Shown: positions 44,505 through 54,424, counted from the first letter of the stretch. The stretch: DNA of 64,000 bases from an uncultured Verrucomicrobiae bacterium (GCA_963719075.1 CAVRAN010000004.1:2861-66860), one strand, 5' to 3'. Made by a program: numbers and translations. Notes: a model not told the origin generated them from the letters alone.

Positions 44505-47429
44505 ATGATGAATAACGCACAGCCTCCCGCGCCGCATAATTTTGCCGCGCGCCTTTTGCCGTGGGTTGTGGCGGCAGGAACACTGGTGCTTTATGCGCTG
44601 ACAATCAATCACTGGATGTCGCTATTTAATCTCGGCTACGTCGCCAAAGTTTCTGGATGGACATGGCAGCCGGAGATCATAAATCCAATTTCCTTCATTG
44701 TTACGTATCCATTTCGTTGGCTGCCGACGGCGTCAATTCCGTTTGCGCTGAATTTATTTTCCGCCGTTTGCGCGGCGTTGACATTGGGATTGCTGGCGCG
44801 GTCAGTCGCACTGCTGCCGCAGGATCGCACCCGCGCGCAGCGTGAACGCGAGCACAGCGATTTCTCGCTTTTGACAATTCGCGCGGCATGGCTGCCGCCA
44901 ATTTTTGCCGCGCTGGTGTGCGGACTGCAAATGACGTTTTGGGAACAGGCGACGAATTTTACGGGGGAAATGTTTGAACTGCTGCTGTTCGCCTTCGTGA
45001 TTTGGTTGCTGCTGGAATACCGGATTGACGGGCGCGAATGGCGGCTGTTTCTGGCTGCATTCGTTTATGGCGCGGCCATGACGGACAACTGGGCGATGAC
45101 CGGATTTTTCCTGCCATTCATCACGGCGGTTATTTGGATTCGCGGCGTGAGTTTTTTCAATTTCGGTTTTCTCAGCCGCATGGCCTTGTGCGGACTCGTT
45201 GGAATATCCTTTTACCTTTTGCTGCCGCTGCTGGCGGTGATTTCAGCCAAAATGCCAATCACTTTTTGGCAGGCGTTGAAATATAATCTGGCAGCGCCAT
45301 CCGACCTGATAAAATTCTTTTTTGTTCGATCCGACGTGCGGGCTACTGTCGGCTTAATATCTTTAAGTTCGTTGCTGCCTGTGCTCGCATTGTCAATTCG
45401 CACAAAATCATTTTTTGGCGGTGGAGTTTCCAGTGGGATTAATGAAATTGTGGAGCGTTTCACATTTCATCTAATCTATGGCGTTTTTCTGGTCGTTTGT
45501 GTTTGGGTGGCGTTCGATCCGTCGTTTAGTCCGCGAAATATTTTTCCACGACAATTTGGTATCACTCTGTCATTTTTGACATTTTATTATCTCGGCGCAC
45601 TGAGTATCGGTTATTACAGCGGATATTTTCTGCTCGTCTTTGGAACAAAAAAAAGCCGTTCCCATCGGCATAAAACCCATCAAGTTCCGGCACTCAATTA
45701 TATAATTGTCGCGATGGTTTGGCTGCTTTTCCTAATTGCGGTGACCGGATTAGTATACAAGAACGCGCCGCAAATCCATGCCGTCAACGACGACACGTTG
45801 AAAAAATACGCTGCGCTCGTGGAGGAAAAATTGCCGGCTGGCGGCGCAATTTTATTGTCTGACGACACACAGCGTTTGCTTTTCGTGCAGGCAGCGCTGG
45901 TTTGCGACGGCAAAGCGGAAAATTTTGTGCCGCTCGATACAAAATCCTTGGTCTGGCCGGCGTATCACAAATTTTTGCACAAGAGATATCCGCAAAAATT
46001 TCCAGACACCATTGTCGCTGCTGAAACCAATGAGGTCAGTCCGTTGCATTTGATTCTGCTTTTGGCCGCGCTCGCCAAAACGAACGAGCTTTATTATTTG
46101 CATCCGAGTTTCGGCTATTACTTCGAGCAATTTTATCTGGAACCGCACGGCTTGGTTTATAAATTGAAAACGCTGCCAAATGAAACTCTGTTGCCGCCCT
46201 TGCCAGACGAAAACCAAATCGCCGAAAACGAAGCGTTCTGGTCGAACACGGAAACAACGGTTCTTGCCCCGATCCAACGCTCGCTTGCACCGACGGATCC
46301 AAACGCGCCCGTTTCATGGCCGGATAATTTGCTGGCGTTTTTGCAGGTTTCGCGCGGGCAAAACCCCAGTGGGATTGTCGCGGGAACATTCTATTCGCGC
46401 AGTTTGGATTTTTGGGGCGTTCAATTGCAACGTGCCGGTGAATTTGAAAAAGCCGCCGCGCAGTTTCAAACGGCGGAAAAATTAAATCCCGGCAACGTCG
46501 TTGCGCAAATCAATCTGGATTTTAACAAGACATTGTCCACCGGAAAAACCACGCCGGTGGATTTGTCAAAAACAACCTTGGATCAATTGGGTAAATACCG
46601 GACGTGGGGGCAAGTGCTGAACGCCAACGGCCCGTTCGACGAACCGAGTTTTTGCTTTGAAAACGGCGTTGTGCTCGTGCAAGGCGGCTTGACACGTCAG
46701 GCGGTTGAATCTTTTGCTCGCGTCCGTGAACTTTCGCCGGACAGCTTATCCGCGCGGTTGATGCTGGGCGAACTTTACGTAGCAAATCACCTGCCCGACA
46801 GGGCGCTAGAAGAAATCCGCGAAATCCGCAACCAGCCGGAACGATTTTCGCTGACAGAAACCAACGAACCGCAATTGGCGCTCATCGAAGCCAGTGCATA
46901 CATGGAAAAGACAAATTTCTCGCATGCCACGCGCTTGATTGAAACCACAATTTTGCGCAGCCCGACCAATAATATTTTGCTGGCCACCGCCGTGCAGCTT
47001 TATACGAAGCACGGTCTTTTCACCAACGCGCTTGATGTTATTAACGATAAGTTGCAGTCCACGCCCGACGACGCCGGCTGGCTTTTTATGAAGGGCTACA
47101 TTGATATTCAAATCAAAAATTACGACGACGCTATTTCATCATTGTCTCAGGTGCTTTCCACGCAGACGAATAATGCGACCGCGCGATTCAACCGAGCCAT
47201 CGCCTACCTTGACAGCGGCAAACTTGACGACGCGCGCGCCGATTACGAATCGTTGCAGCAATCCTTCACCAATTCATTTCAAGTTGATTACGGCTTGGGC
47301 GAAATCGCGTGGCGCAAACACGAAACCAACGATGCCATCAGGTATTATGAACTTTATTTGGCCAATGCGAACACCAATACCGCCGAAGCCACCAACATCA
47401 TGCAGCGGTTGCGCGAACTTAAAAAGTAA
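44505..47429 (+). CDS. polytopic membrane protein (DUF2723/glycosyltransferase-C-like) with C-terminal TPR repeats
   Basis: About 11 hydrophobic helices in the first 450 aa, then TPR-like repeats (AAAQFQTAEKLNPGNVVAQINL..., AISSLSQVLSTQTNNATARFNRAIAYL...). ATG 44505 was chosen over GTG 44475. Confidence 0.75.
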   Translation: MMNNAQPPAPHNFAARLLPWVVAAGTLVLYALTINHWMSLFNLGYVAKVSGWTWQPEIINPISFIVTYPFRWLPTASIPFALNLFSAVCAALTLGLLARSVALLPQDRTRAQREREHSDFSLLTIRAAWLPPIFAALVCGLQMTFWEQATNFTGEMFELLLFAFVIWLLLEYRIDGREWRLFLAAFVYGAAMTDNWAMTGFFLPFITAVIWIRGVSFFNFGFLSRMALCGLVGISFYLLLPLLAVISAKMPITFWQALKYNLAAPSDLIKFFFVRSDVRATVGLISLSSLLPVLALSIRTKSFFGGGVSSGINEIVERFTFHLIYGVFLVVCVWVAFDPSFSPRNIFPRQFGITLSFLTFYYLGALSIGYYSGYFLLVFGTKKSRSHRHKTHQVPALNYIIVAMVWLLFLIAVTGLVYKNAPQIHAVNDDTLKKYAALVEEKLPAGGAILLSDDTQRLLFVQAALVCDGKAENFVPLDTKSLVWPAYHKFLHKRYPQKFPDTIVAAETNEVSPLHLILLLAALAKTNELYYLHPSFGYYFEQFYLEPHGLVYKLKTLPNETLLPPLPDENQIAENEAFWSNTETTVLAPIQRSLAPTDPNAPVSWPDNLLAFLQVSRGQNPSGIVAGTFYSRSLDFWGVQLQRAGEFEKAAAQFQTAEKLNPGNVVAQINLDFNKTLSTGKTTPVDLSKTTLDQLGKYRTWGQVLNANGPFDEPSFCFENGVVLVQGGLTRQAVESFARVRELSPDSLSARLMLGELYVANHLPDRALEEIREIRNQPERFSLTETNEPQLALIEASAYMEKTNFSHATRLIETTILRSPTNNILLATAVQLYTKHGLFTNALDVINDKLQSTPDDAGWLFMKGYIDIQIKNYDDAISSLSQVLSTQTNNATARFNRAIAYLDSGKLDDARADYESLQQSFTNSFQVDYGLGEIAWRKHETNDAIRYYELYLANANTNTAEATNIMQRLRELKK

Positions 47430-47446
47430 ATCATCCTGACTGCGCG

Positions 47447-48616
47447 ATGCGTGTCACCCACATCATCACGCGACTTGTCATCGGCGGCGCGCAGGAGAAC
47501 ACCGTCGCTACTGTTCTCGGCTTGTGCCAAAAATCCGGCGTCGAAGCGAAATTGATCTCCGGCCCGACCGTAGGCCCCGAAGGGTCGCTCGAACCGGAAG
47601 TGAAACAGATTCCCGGCCTGCTGACGATTGTTCCCGAACTGGTTCGTGCGATTCATCCGCTTAAAGATTTTCTTGCGTTGCAAGAACTCAAGCAGATTTT
47701 GCGCGAACAAAAACCGCACATCGTCCACACCCACAGTGGCAAGGCCGGAATTTTGGGACGTCTCGCCGCCAAACGCGCGGGTGTTCCCATCATTATTCAT
47801 CACATTCATGGTCCGTCATTTGGCGCGTTTCAAAACCGCGGGAGCAATTTCATTTTTTGCTCCGCCGAGAAATACGCCGCCCGCGTCACGACGCATTTCA
47901 TTTGTTCCGCCGATGCAATGACAAAACTGTATCTCACCGCCGGAATCGGCAAACCCGGGATGTTTACGCGCATTTTCAGCGGCTTCCAACTCAAACCGTT
48001 TTTGGAAGCCGCAGATGATTTTACGTTCAGAAGAAAATTGGGAATCGCTCCCGACGCATTTGTCATCGGCAAAATTGCCCGGCTTTTCAAGCTCAAAGGC
48101 CACGAAGATTTGTTTGCCGCGTTCCAGGCGTTGCTGCCTCAATGTCCGCGAGCACGATTGCTGCTCGTTGGTGACGGTTTATTGCGAACGCATCTGGAAA
48201 CCCGCGCGCGCGAAATGAACCTGTCCGACAAAATCATTTTCGCCGGGCTCGTCCCGCCGAATGAAGTGGCGCGCTACGTCGGCATTATGGATTGTCTCGC
48301 GCATTTGTCCTCGCGCGAAGCGCTTTCCCGCGCGCTGCCGCAGGCGCTCGCCGCCGGCAAACCTGTTGTCGCTTACGATTTCGACGGCGCGGACGAAGTT
48401 TGCCTTGAAGGCGAAACCGGCTTTTTGGTTCGCACGCGCGACGTTTCCGCTGTCACAAAACATTTGCTCGAACTTGCCAATAATGCCGGATTGCGCGAAC
48501 GGCTCGGCAAACGCGGCCAGCAATTTGTAAAAGAAAATTTCGCCGTCGAAAAAATGGTGGACGGTCAATATAATCTTTACCTGAAACTGGCCGCCGAACC
48601 TGGCCTTCGATTGTGA
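47447..48616 (+). CDS. GT4-family glycosyltransferase
   Basis: ITRLVIGGAQEN, HTHSGKAGILGR and the C-terminal EGETGFLV (E-x7-E region). Confidence 0.8.
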   Translation: MRVTHIITRLVIGGAQENTVATVLGLCQKSGVEAKLISGPTVGPEGSLEPEVKQIPGLLTIVPELVRAIHPLKDFLALQELKQILREQKPHIVHTHSGKAGILGRLAAKRAGVPIIIHHIHGPSFGAFQNRGSNFIFCSAEKYAARVTTHFICSADAMTKLYLTAGIGKPGMFTRIFSGFQLKPFLEAADDFTFRRKLGIAPDAFVIGKIARLFKLKGHEDLFAAFQALLPQCPRARLLLVGDGLLRTHLETRAREMNLSDKIIFAGLVPPNEVARYVGIMDCLAHLSSREALSRALPQALAAGKPVVAYDFDGADEVCLEGETGFLVRTRDVSAVTKHLLELANNAGLRERLGKRGQQFVKENFAVEKMVDGQYNLYLKLAAEPGLRL

Positions 48617-49605
48617 CGTTTCCATTCGACTTTTTTTCCGCTGCATCTGCAGGTGCGTTTTTGACGACGCTGCTCGTGCTGCCGCTCTGGCGCAATTGGT
48701 GTCTGCGCACAAATCTGGTGGACGACCCGCGTGACCGGAAAAACTACGACGCGCCAAAGATCCACGCCGCGTTGATTCCGCTGGCCGGCGGTCTGGCCGT
48801 CCTGACCGGAATTCTGCTGCCGCTGGCTGCCGGAGCGATTCTGCTCAAGCTTGGAATTGTAAAAATCTCTTCCGCCAATTTGATCGTTCACGGCATAAAC
48901 CGTCGCGCGGTCGAACTCGCCGTCATCGCCTTCGGCGCAATTGCGATTTCAGTCCTCGGCTGGTTCGATGACAAATATGAATTGAAGCCGCTGCCGAAAT
49001 TTACCGGGCAATTTCTCATCGCGCTGCTCGTCGCCGTCGCCTGCAAACGCATCACCCTTTTCGTTCCGAGCGTCGCGTTCAGTTACGTTATTACGATTTT
49101 ATGGCTGCTCACGATCATCAACGCCTTCAATTTCATGGACAACATGAACGGTCTTTGCGCGGGCATCGGCGCGATTGGGGCGTTTTTATTCGCGCTCATC
49201 GCCGCCGCAGACGGCGAATATCTCGTCGCGCTCACGGGTTTTTTGATTTGCGGCGCGCTGATTGGATTTCTGCCGTGGAATTTTCCGAACGCACGGGCGT
49301 TTCTCGGCGACGCCGGCAGCCATCTCGTCGGCTACCTGCTTGCGGTGATGGCAATCCTTCCGCATTTTTACACCAAACAAAATCCGCACCCACTGGCCGT
49401 GCTTTCGCCGCTGCTTGTGCTGGCCGTGCCGCTGGCCGACCTCGCGCAAGTCGTCATTTTGCGGACGCTCAACCGCAAACCATTCTGGATCGGTGACACC
49501 AATCATCTTTCGCACCGGCTCGTCCGTGCGGGATTCAGCCAGACACGCGCCGTTCTCATCCTCTGGCTGGTTGCCGCGATGATCGGTGTGCTCGCCACGT
49601 TGTAA
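48613..49605 (+). CDS. MraY/WecA-family polyprenyl-phosphate N-acetylhexosamine-1-phosphate transferase
   Basis: WFDDKYEL, INAFNFMDNMNGLCAG and FLGDAGSHLVGY. GTGA overlap with the GT4 gene. Confidence 0.8.
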   Translation: MTFPFDFFSAASAGAFLTTLLVLPLWRNWCLRTNLVDDPRDRKNYDAPKIHAALIPLAGGLAVLTGILLPLAAGAILLKLGIVKISSANLIVHGINRRAVELAVIAFGAIAISVLGWFDDKYELKPLPKFTGQFLIALLVAVACKRITLFVPSVAFSYVITILWLLTIINAFNFMDNMNGLCAGIGAIGAFLFALIAAADGEYLVALTGFLICGALIGFLPWNFPNARAFLGDAGSHLVGYLLAVMAILPHFYTKQNPHPLAVLSPLLVLAVPLADLAQVVILRTLNRKPFWIGDTNHLSHRLVRAGFSQTRAVLILWLVAAMIGVLATL

Positions 49606-49644
49606 AAATCTTGCTCCGATTCGCCGCACGGATAATTTTGTCGT

Positions 49645-50451
49645 GTGAAAATTCTTTTTATCGGCGACATCGTGGGCGAACCCGGACGCAAAGCCGTCAA
49701 AACCCTTCTGCCAAAACTGCGCGAACAGCACGCGCTCGATTTCGTCATCGCCAACGGCGAGAACTCCGCCGGCGGCAGCGGCATCACATTCAGGACCGCC
49801 GGGGAAATTTTTTCGGCGGGCGTGGACGTCATCACCAGCGGCGACCATTTGTGGGATCAAAAGGAAGTCATGGAATTGCTCGCGAACGAAAAAAGATTTT
49901 TGCGTCCGCTGAATTATCCCGCTGGCACGCCGGGGCAGGGCAGCGGGATTTTTGAAGTTCCCTATCGGATATTCAAGATTCCGGCTCCGGTCAAAATTGC
50001 CGTGCTGAATGTGCAGGGCCGCACTTTTATGCAACCACCGCTGGAAAATCCGTTTCTCCTCGCCGCCGAAGAAGTGAAATGGCTGCGCGAGCAGACCAAA
50101 ATCATCTTCATAGATTTTCATGCGGAGGCGACGTCGGAAAAAATTGCGTTCGCGCGGTTTCTCGACGGGCAGGTGAGCGCGGTGGTGGGCACGCACACGC
50201 ACGTGCAGACGGCGGACGAGCAGATTTTCCCCGGCGGCACGGCGTATCTGACCGACGCGGGATTCACCGGCCCGCACGAAAGCGTTTTAGGCCGCGAAAT
50301 CGAACCGGTTCTAAAAAGGTTTCTCACCGGAATGCCGCAACGATTTGAAGTGGCGAAAAACCGTGTGCTGCTTCACGGCGCAGTGATTGAAATAGATGAC
50401 GCCAGCGGCAAGGCGGTGAAAATCCAGCGCGTGTCGGAAACGTCGCTGTAA
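49645..50451 (+). CDS. ymdB: YmdB-like metallophosphoesterase (TIGR00282)
   Basis: KILFIGDIVGEPGR, ANGENSAGGSGIT, TSGDHLWD, DFHAEATSEK and GTHTHVQTADE. Confidence 0.85.
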   Translation: MKILFIGDIVGEPGRKAVKTLLPKLREQHALDFVIANGENSAGGSGITFRTAGEIFSAGVDVITSGDHLWDQKEVMELLANEKRFLRPLNYPAGTPGQGSGIFEVPYRIFKIPAPVKIAVLNVQGRTFMQPPLENPFLLAAEEVKWLREQTKIIFIDFHAEATSEKIAFARFLDGQVSAVVGTHTHVQTADEQIFPGGTAYLTDAGFTGPHESVLGREIEPVLKRFLTGMPQRFEVAKNRVLLHGAVIEIDDASGKAVKIQRVSETSL

Positions 50452-51071
50452 TGTGTTGCAAAAAGAAACAAAAAGTATTTATGCCGAGCCAAGAGCAGAA
50501 ACGTCTGATATTACACGATGCAGTTTACTACGAAATTCTCTTCGCTTTTGGCATTTCTGCGCATGATGAAACTGATTATTGCTCATGGGAACACATCAAT
50601 TTTTCCCGAATGGGACACGCCCGCGCTCTGTATTGGTTTTTCGAGACAAGCATTGCCGATAGAAAACAAGACGATGTTGTGTCAGAGGATTTCAAATTCG
50701 GTCCGATAATAATTCAGCGACCTTCGGACGATCAGACAAGGCTCAATAAAGATTTGTTTCATCTTACTTACGCTCGACTACGCCACTTTGCGAATCTGCA
50801 AAACAAACCTTGGCCAAATTCTATTTTGTCGTGTCTGCATGAACCTTGCGTCGAATTCATCAAACATTTACTCGCTCACAAGAACGAGTTTGGTGCCTCT
50901 AATGATTTCGTCATGTGGGAACAACTTCTTACAGCGCTAAACAGTGGCCGAGAGTTTCGCATTCACCGAACTTTTATACAAGCCGGTGTTGAATCTCATT
51001 ATACGTTTACCTTTGGTTCGTCGTTACAATTTGGTCGCAGCGAATTAACAAAGCCAAAAGTTATTTTATGA
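50451..51071 (+). CDS. hypothetical protein (206 aa), AT-rich, no family recognised
   Basis: The ORF is wedged between ymdB (TAATG overlap) and GH16 (ATGA overlap). An alternative ATG lies at 50481. Confidence 0.5.
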   Translation: MCCKKKQKVFMPSQEQKRLILHDAVYYEILFAFGISAHDETDYCSWEHINFSRMGHARALYWFFETSIADRKQDDVVSEDFKFGPIIIQRPSDDQTRLNKDLFHLTYARLRHFANLQNKPWPNSILSCLHEPCVEFIKHLLAHKNEFGASNDFVMWEQLLTALNSGREFRIHRTFIQAGVESHYTFTFGSSLQFGRSELTKPKVIL

Positions 51072-51931
51072 ACAAACAAACCGAATCGTTTTGTGTTTTA
51101 ATTTTATTCGCCACCTTCGTCACGCATTGCGCCGAGACGAATTCCGAGCAGTTGCTGGTGAATGATTCAACCAACGATTGGAAACTGGTCTGGCACGATG
51201 AATTCGACACGAACGGGCCGCCCGATCCGGCGAACTGGAATTACGAGCGCGGCTTCGTGCGCAATAACGAACTGCAATGGTATCAGCCGGAAAATGCCTT
51301 TTGCACCAACGGCCTGCTTGTCATTGAGGCGCGACCGGAACACAAACGCAATCCCAACTTCGTCACGAATAGCACGAATTGGAAAACGAGCCGCGAGTGG
51401 ATTGATTACACGTCCGCCAGCATCACGTCGCGCGGGCTGCGCGAGTTCAAATATGGAAAGTTCGAGATGCGCGCGCGCATTGACACGCGGCTGGGAAGCT
51501 GGCCGGCGTTCTGGACGCTCGGTGCAACGCCCGGCCTCGGCTGGCCCGCATGCGGTGAAGTTGATATAATGGAATTTTACACCGGCAAAGTTTTGGCCAA
51601 CATCGGCTACGGCCTTGATGAAAAAATAAAATGGTCTTCCGTCAGGAAACCTGTCGCCGAACTCGGCGGCGATGCGTGGTCGAAGGAATTTCACATCTGG
51701 ACGATGGAATGGGACGAAAGGAAAATTGACCTGTCGCTCGACGGCAAATTGATGAACCATCTCGACCTTGCGGACGCCGACAAGGCCGACCAAGGCAATC
51801 CGTTTCACGCGCCGGTTTATTTCATCCTGAACCAGGCCATCGGCGGCAACAGTGGGGGCGATCCATCGCAAACGAAATTTCCCGTCCGCTACGAAATTGA
51901 CTGGGTGCGTGTTTATCAGCGCGGTCAATAA
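51068..51931 (+). CDS. secreted GH16 beta-glucanase (laminarinase-like)
   Basis: Signal peptide, WPAFWTLG, and the catalytic GEVDIMEF (ExDxxE). Confidence 0.85.
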   Translation: MNKQTESFCVLILFATFVTHCAETNSEQLLVNDSTNDWKLVWHDEFDTNGPPDPANWNYERGFVRNNELQWYQPENAFCTNGLLVIEARPEHKRNPNFVTNSTNWKTSREWIDYTSASITSRGLREFKYGKFEMRARIDTRLGSWPAFWTLGATPGLGWPACGEVDIMEFYTGKVLANIGYGLDEKIKWSSVRKPVAELGGDAWSKEFHIWTMEWDERKIDLSLDGKLMNHLDLADADKADQGNPFHAPVYFILNQAIGGNSGGDPSQTKFPVRYEIDWVRVYQRGQ

Positions 51932-52028
51932 ATTCCGGCTTCAGGCGTGGCGGGTATGAGTTGATTCACTTGAATTAAATCATAATCGGACTTCGGCAGG
52001 TGGTTTTTGCCTCAAATTGACTGAAATC

Positions 52029-52070
52029 CTCGAAAATGCTCGAAAATGCCTGAAAATATGGATTTTCAGG
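52029..52070. repeat. three tandem CTCGAAAATG-like decamers ending in a 9-bp-stem hairpin
   Basis: ctcgaaaatg ctcgaaaatg cctgaaaata. Hairpin CCTGAAAAT atgg ATTTTCAGG (52049-52070). Confidence 0.7.
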
Positions 52071-52074
52071 GGCC

Positions 52075-52334
52075 CCAAATGAACTGACAGACACTCCAAA
52101 TGGCCAAACGAGCCGGCAGACGCTCCAAATGAGTTAGAAGTGGCGATATTTGAATTGTCAGAGACGTCAAATGCTCCCGCAGACGGCTTAAACGAGTTGG
52201 CAGACGGGCAAAATGACTGGGAAGACTGACCAAATGAGTCGGCAGCAACGTCAAATGAACTGGCAGATTGATTAAATTGACCAGTGAAGTCGTTCGATGA
52301 ACCGGCGGCTTGGGCAAATGAAGATTAAACCTGC
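52075..52334. repeat. array of 12 contiguous degenerate 21-bp units, consensus yCAAATGAnnyGGCAGACnnn
   Basis: Units start at 52075, 52104, 52125, 52146, 52167, 52188, 52209, 52230, 52251, 52272, 52293 and 52314. An extra 8-nt partial unit lies at 52096-52103. The last unit overlaps the lpxD stop. Confidence 0.85.
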
Positions 52335-53350
52335 TGATGGCTCAATTCTTCCACCTTTTTTTCCAATTCACGCAACTGGCGGATGATGTTGGGCAACTGC
52401 GCCGCAGCCACCCACTGGCGCTTGGCTTGTTTATCCGGCGCGGCGGGATAACCAAGCACGGTTGCGCCGTCGGGTATGTCGCGCATGACGCCGGATTTTG
52501 CGCCGACGGTGGACTGGTTGCCGAGTTTGAGGTGTCCGGCAATGCCCGATTGCGAGGCGATGACGACATAATCGCCGAGGTGCGTGCTGCCAGCGAACCC
52601 AACCTGACCCATGATGAGGCAGTGCCGTCCGATGACGACGTTGTGCGCGATGTGAACGAGGTTGTCTATCTTGGTGCCCTGACCGATGACGGTCGAACCA
52701 AGCGCGCCGCGGTCAATGGCAACATTGGCGCCAATCTCGACATCGTCATGGACGATGACATTGCCGACTTGCAGCATCTTGCGATGTTGCCCCTGATCTA
52801 ACACGTAACCATATCCGTCTGAACCAATCGTTGTGCCCGCATGAATGGCGACACGGTTGCCGATCTGGCATTTCGCATAAATCACGACGTTGGGAAACAA
52901 ACACACGTCGTCGCCGATTTGGCTGTCATGGCCAATGTGATTGCCGCCCATTAACACCGTGCGCTTACCGACATGGACGCCTGCACCAATGACGCAATGA
53001 GGTCCAATGTGGGCGCTGGCATCAATTTGCGCCGTGGAATGAATAACCGCATTTGCGTGAACGCCCGGTTGATGGGATTCGGGAGGGAAAAAAAGCGGCA
53101 ACACCCTTGCGATGGCGACGCGCGGATTTTTCACGCGAATCAAAACTTTTTTGGAAGATTCAAACCCGGCGGGAACCAGAACCGCGCTGGCCTGACTCTG
53201 TTCGGCGGCGGCAAGGTAGCTTTCCTTTTCAGCAAAGGTAAGATCACCCGCCCGCGCACTATCCGCAGGGGCAATGCCGGTGATGGCAACCGAACCATCG
53301 CCGGCAACTTCACCTCCGAGTTTTCCCGCGATCTGTGAAACCGTGAACAT
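52325..53350 (-). CDS. lpxD: UDP-3-O-acylglucosamine N-acyltransferase
   Basis: N-terminal LpxD domain (IAGKLGGEVAGDG...GIAPADSARAGDLTFAE) followed by a long hexapeptide-repeat left-handed beta-helix. Confidence 0.9.
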   Translation of the reverse strand: MFTVSQIAGKLGGEVAGDGSVAITGIAPADSARAGDLTFAEKESYLAAAEQSQASAVLVPAGFESSKKVLIRVKNPRVAIARVLPLFFPPESHQPGVHANAVIHSTAQIDASAHIGPHCVIGAGVHVGKRTVLMGGNHIGHDSQIGDDVCLFPNVVIYAKCQIGNRVAIHAGTTIGSDGYGYVLDQGQHRKMLQVGNVIVHDDVEIGANVAIDRGALGSTVIGQGTKIDNLVHIAHNVVIGRHCLIMGQVGFAGSTHLGDYVVIASQSGIAGHLKLGNQSTVGAKSGVMRDIPDGATVLGYPAAPDKQAKRQWVAAAQLPNIIRQLRELEKKVEELSHQQV

Positions 53351-53353
53351 GGT

Positions 53354-54424
53354 TTACTGCCGGGCGGTTTTGGATTGCGGATTGCGGAAGACGAGAAAGA
53401 AATCCGCAATTGAAAGTCTTACCATCCGCTGTGTCTCCACATCCCAGACTTTCAACCGCAGGCACCGGATGATTTCAAATGGATTCAGTGAAGTCGTCTT
53501 GGGCTGCTGCAACTCCGGCATTTCCCGCAACACCTCCGGCAGCCGATAAAATGGAATTCGCGCATTCAAATGATGGATGTGATGGTAGCCGATGTTGGCG
53601 GTGAACCAGGCCATCACCGGCGTGGTCTTCATGTAGCTGGAGGATTCCAAGGCCGCCTTCTCGTAAGTCCAGCCGCCCTTGTCGAAAAATGAAACATCGG
53701 GGAAATTGTGCTGTGCATAAAACAGGTAGGTTCCGATGGCATAGGTGATGAAATGTGGAATGACTTGCGCAAGCAACCATGTTTGCCAGCCAAAAAAATG
53801 GACAAGCGCGATTCCGATTCCAATATGAACCAGCAAAGCAATAAGGCAGTCGAAATGTTCCCGCGGCTTGGTCAGAAACGGCTTGATGCACATGCCGATG
53901 ATGAACACGAACAGATACCCGAACAAAATCGTCAGCGGATGCCGCGCAAACAGATACTTAAACCGCGTCGCCCGCGATGCTTTCAAATAATGCGCCTTGG
54001 TCATCACCGGGAACGAACCGATGTGAGACCCCATGATTTTGGAATTATGTTTGTGATGATGATTGTGCGAGCTTTGCCAGATGCTATTTGGACTCAACGC
54101 GAAAATTCCAAAAATGCGCATGAAAATCTCGGCAAGTCTTGATTTTGGCAATATGGCATGATGCTGCTGGTCATGATAAATGACAAAAAGCCGCAACAGG
54201 AGTAGTCCCGCGAAAACGCTGCAGACAATTTTCGCCGCCAGATTGAAATTCGAAAGCGTTCCCGCAATCGCCAGCAGCCACAGTCCCGTAGTAGAAAGAA
54301 TGCACCACCAACTCCTCACCGCGTTATCCACGGCATAAGGTTTGGTCGCCAATATGAGTTCACTGCCCGTCCTGATGCCTGTGGGACAATTTTGCTTTTC
54401 GGCATAAGCCAAGCCATTGTTCAT
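53354..54424 (-). CDS. membrane fatty-acid desaturase (three His boxes)
   Basis: HDQQHH, HNHHHKH and HHIHHL, separated by hydrophobic segments. It ends 4 nt upstream of lpxD. Confidence 0.85.
   Translation of the reverse strand: MNNGLAYAEKQNCPTGIRTGSELILATKPYAVDNAVRSWWCILSTTGLWLLAIAGTLSNFNLAAKIVCSVFAGLLLLRLFVIYHDQQHHAILPKSRLAEIFMRIFGIFALSPNSIWQSSHNHHHKHNSKIMGSHIGSFPVMTKAHYLKASRATRFKYLFARHPLTILFGYLFVFIIGMCIKPFLTKPREHFDCLIALLVHIGIGIALVHFFGWQTWLLAQVIPHFITYAIGTYLFYAQHNFPDVSFFDKGGWTYEKAALESSSYMKTTPVMAWFTANIGYHHIHHLNARIPFYRLPEVLREMPELQQPKTTSLNPFEIIRCLRLKVWDVETQRMVRLSIADFFLVFRNPQSKTARQ

Noticed and set aside
52066-52317. Track ORF of 83 aa (LPxHLxx heptads) as a real protein gene.
   Set aside because: The only start is a TTG directly after the lpxD stop, and no ATG is present. 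The conserved nucleotides form blocks rather than following codon positions. It is kept as an open alternative in the finding but not annotated as a CDS.
52075-52334. Possible CRISPR array (also considered for the 61560-63560 repeats).
   Set aside because: The units are contiguous with no unique spacers, are degenerate rather than exact, and are 21 bp long. No cas genes are present in the window. The 61.5-63.5 kb repeats are the coding repeats of a single ORF.
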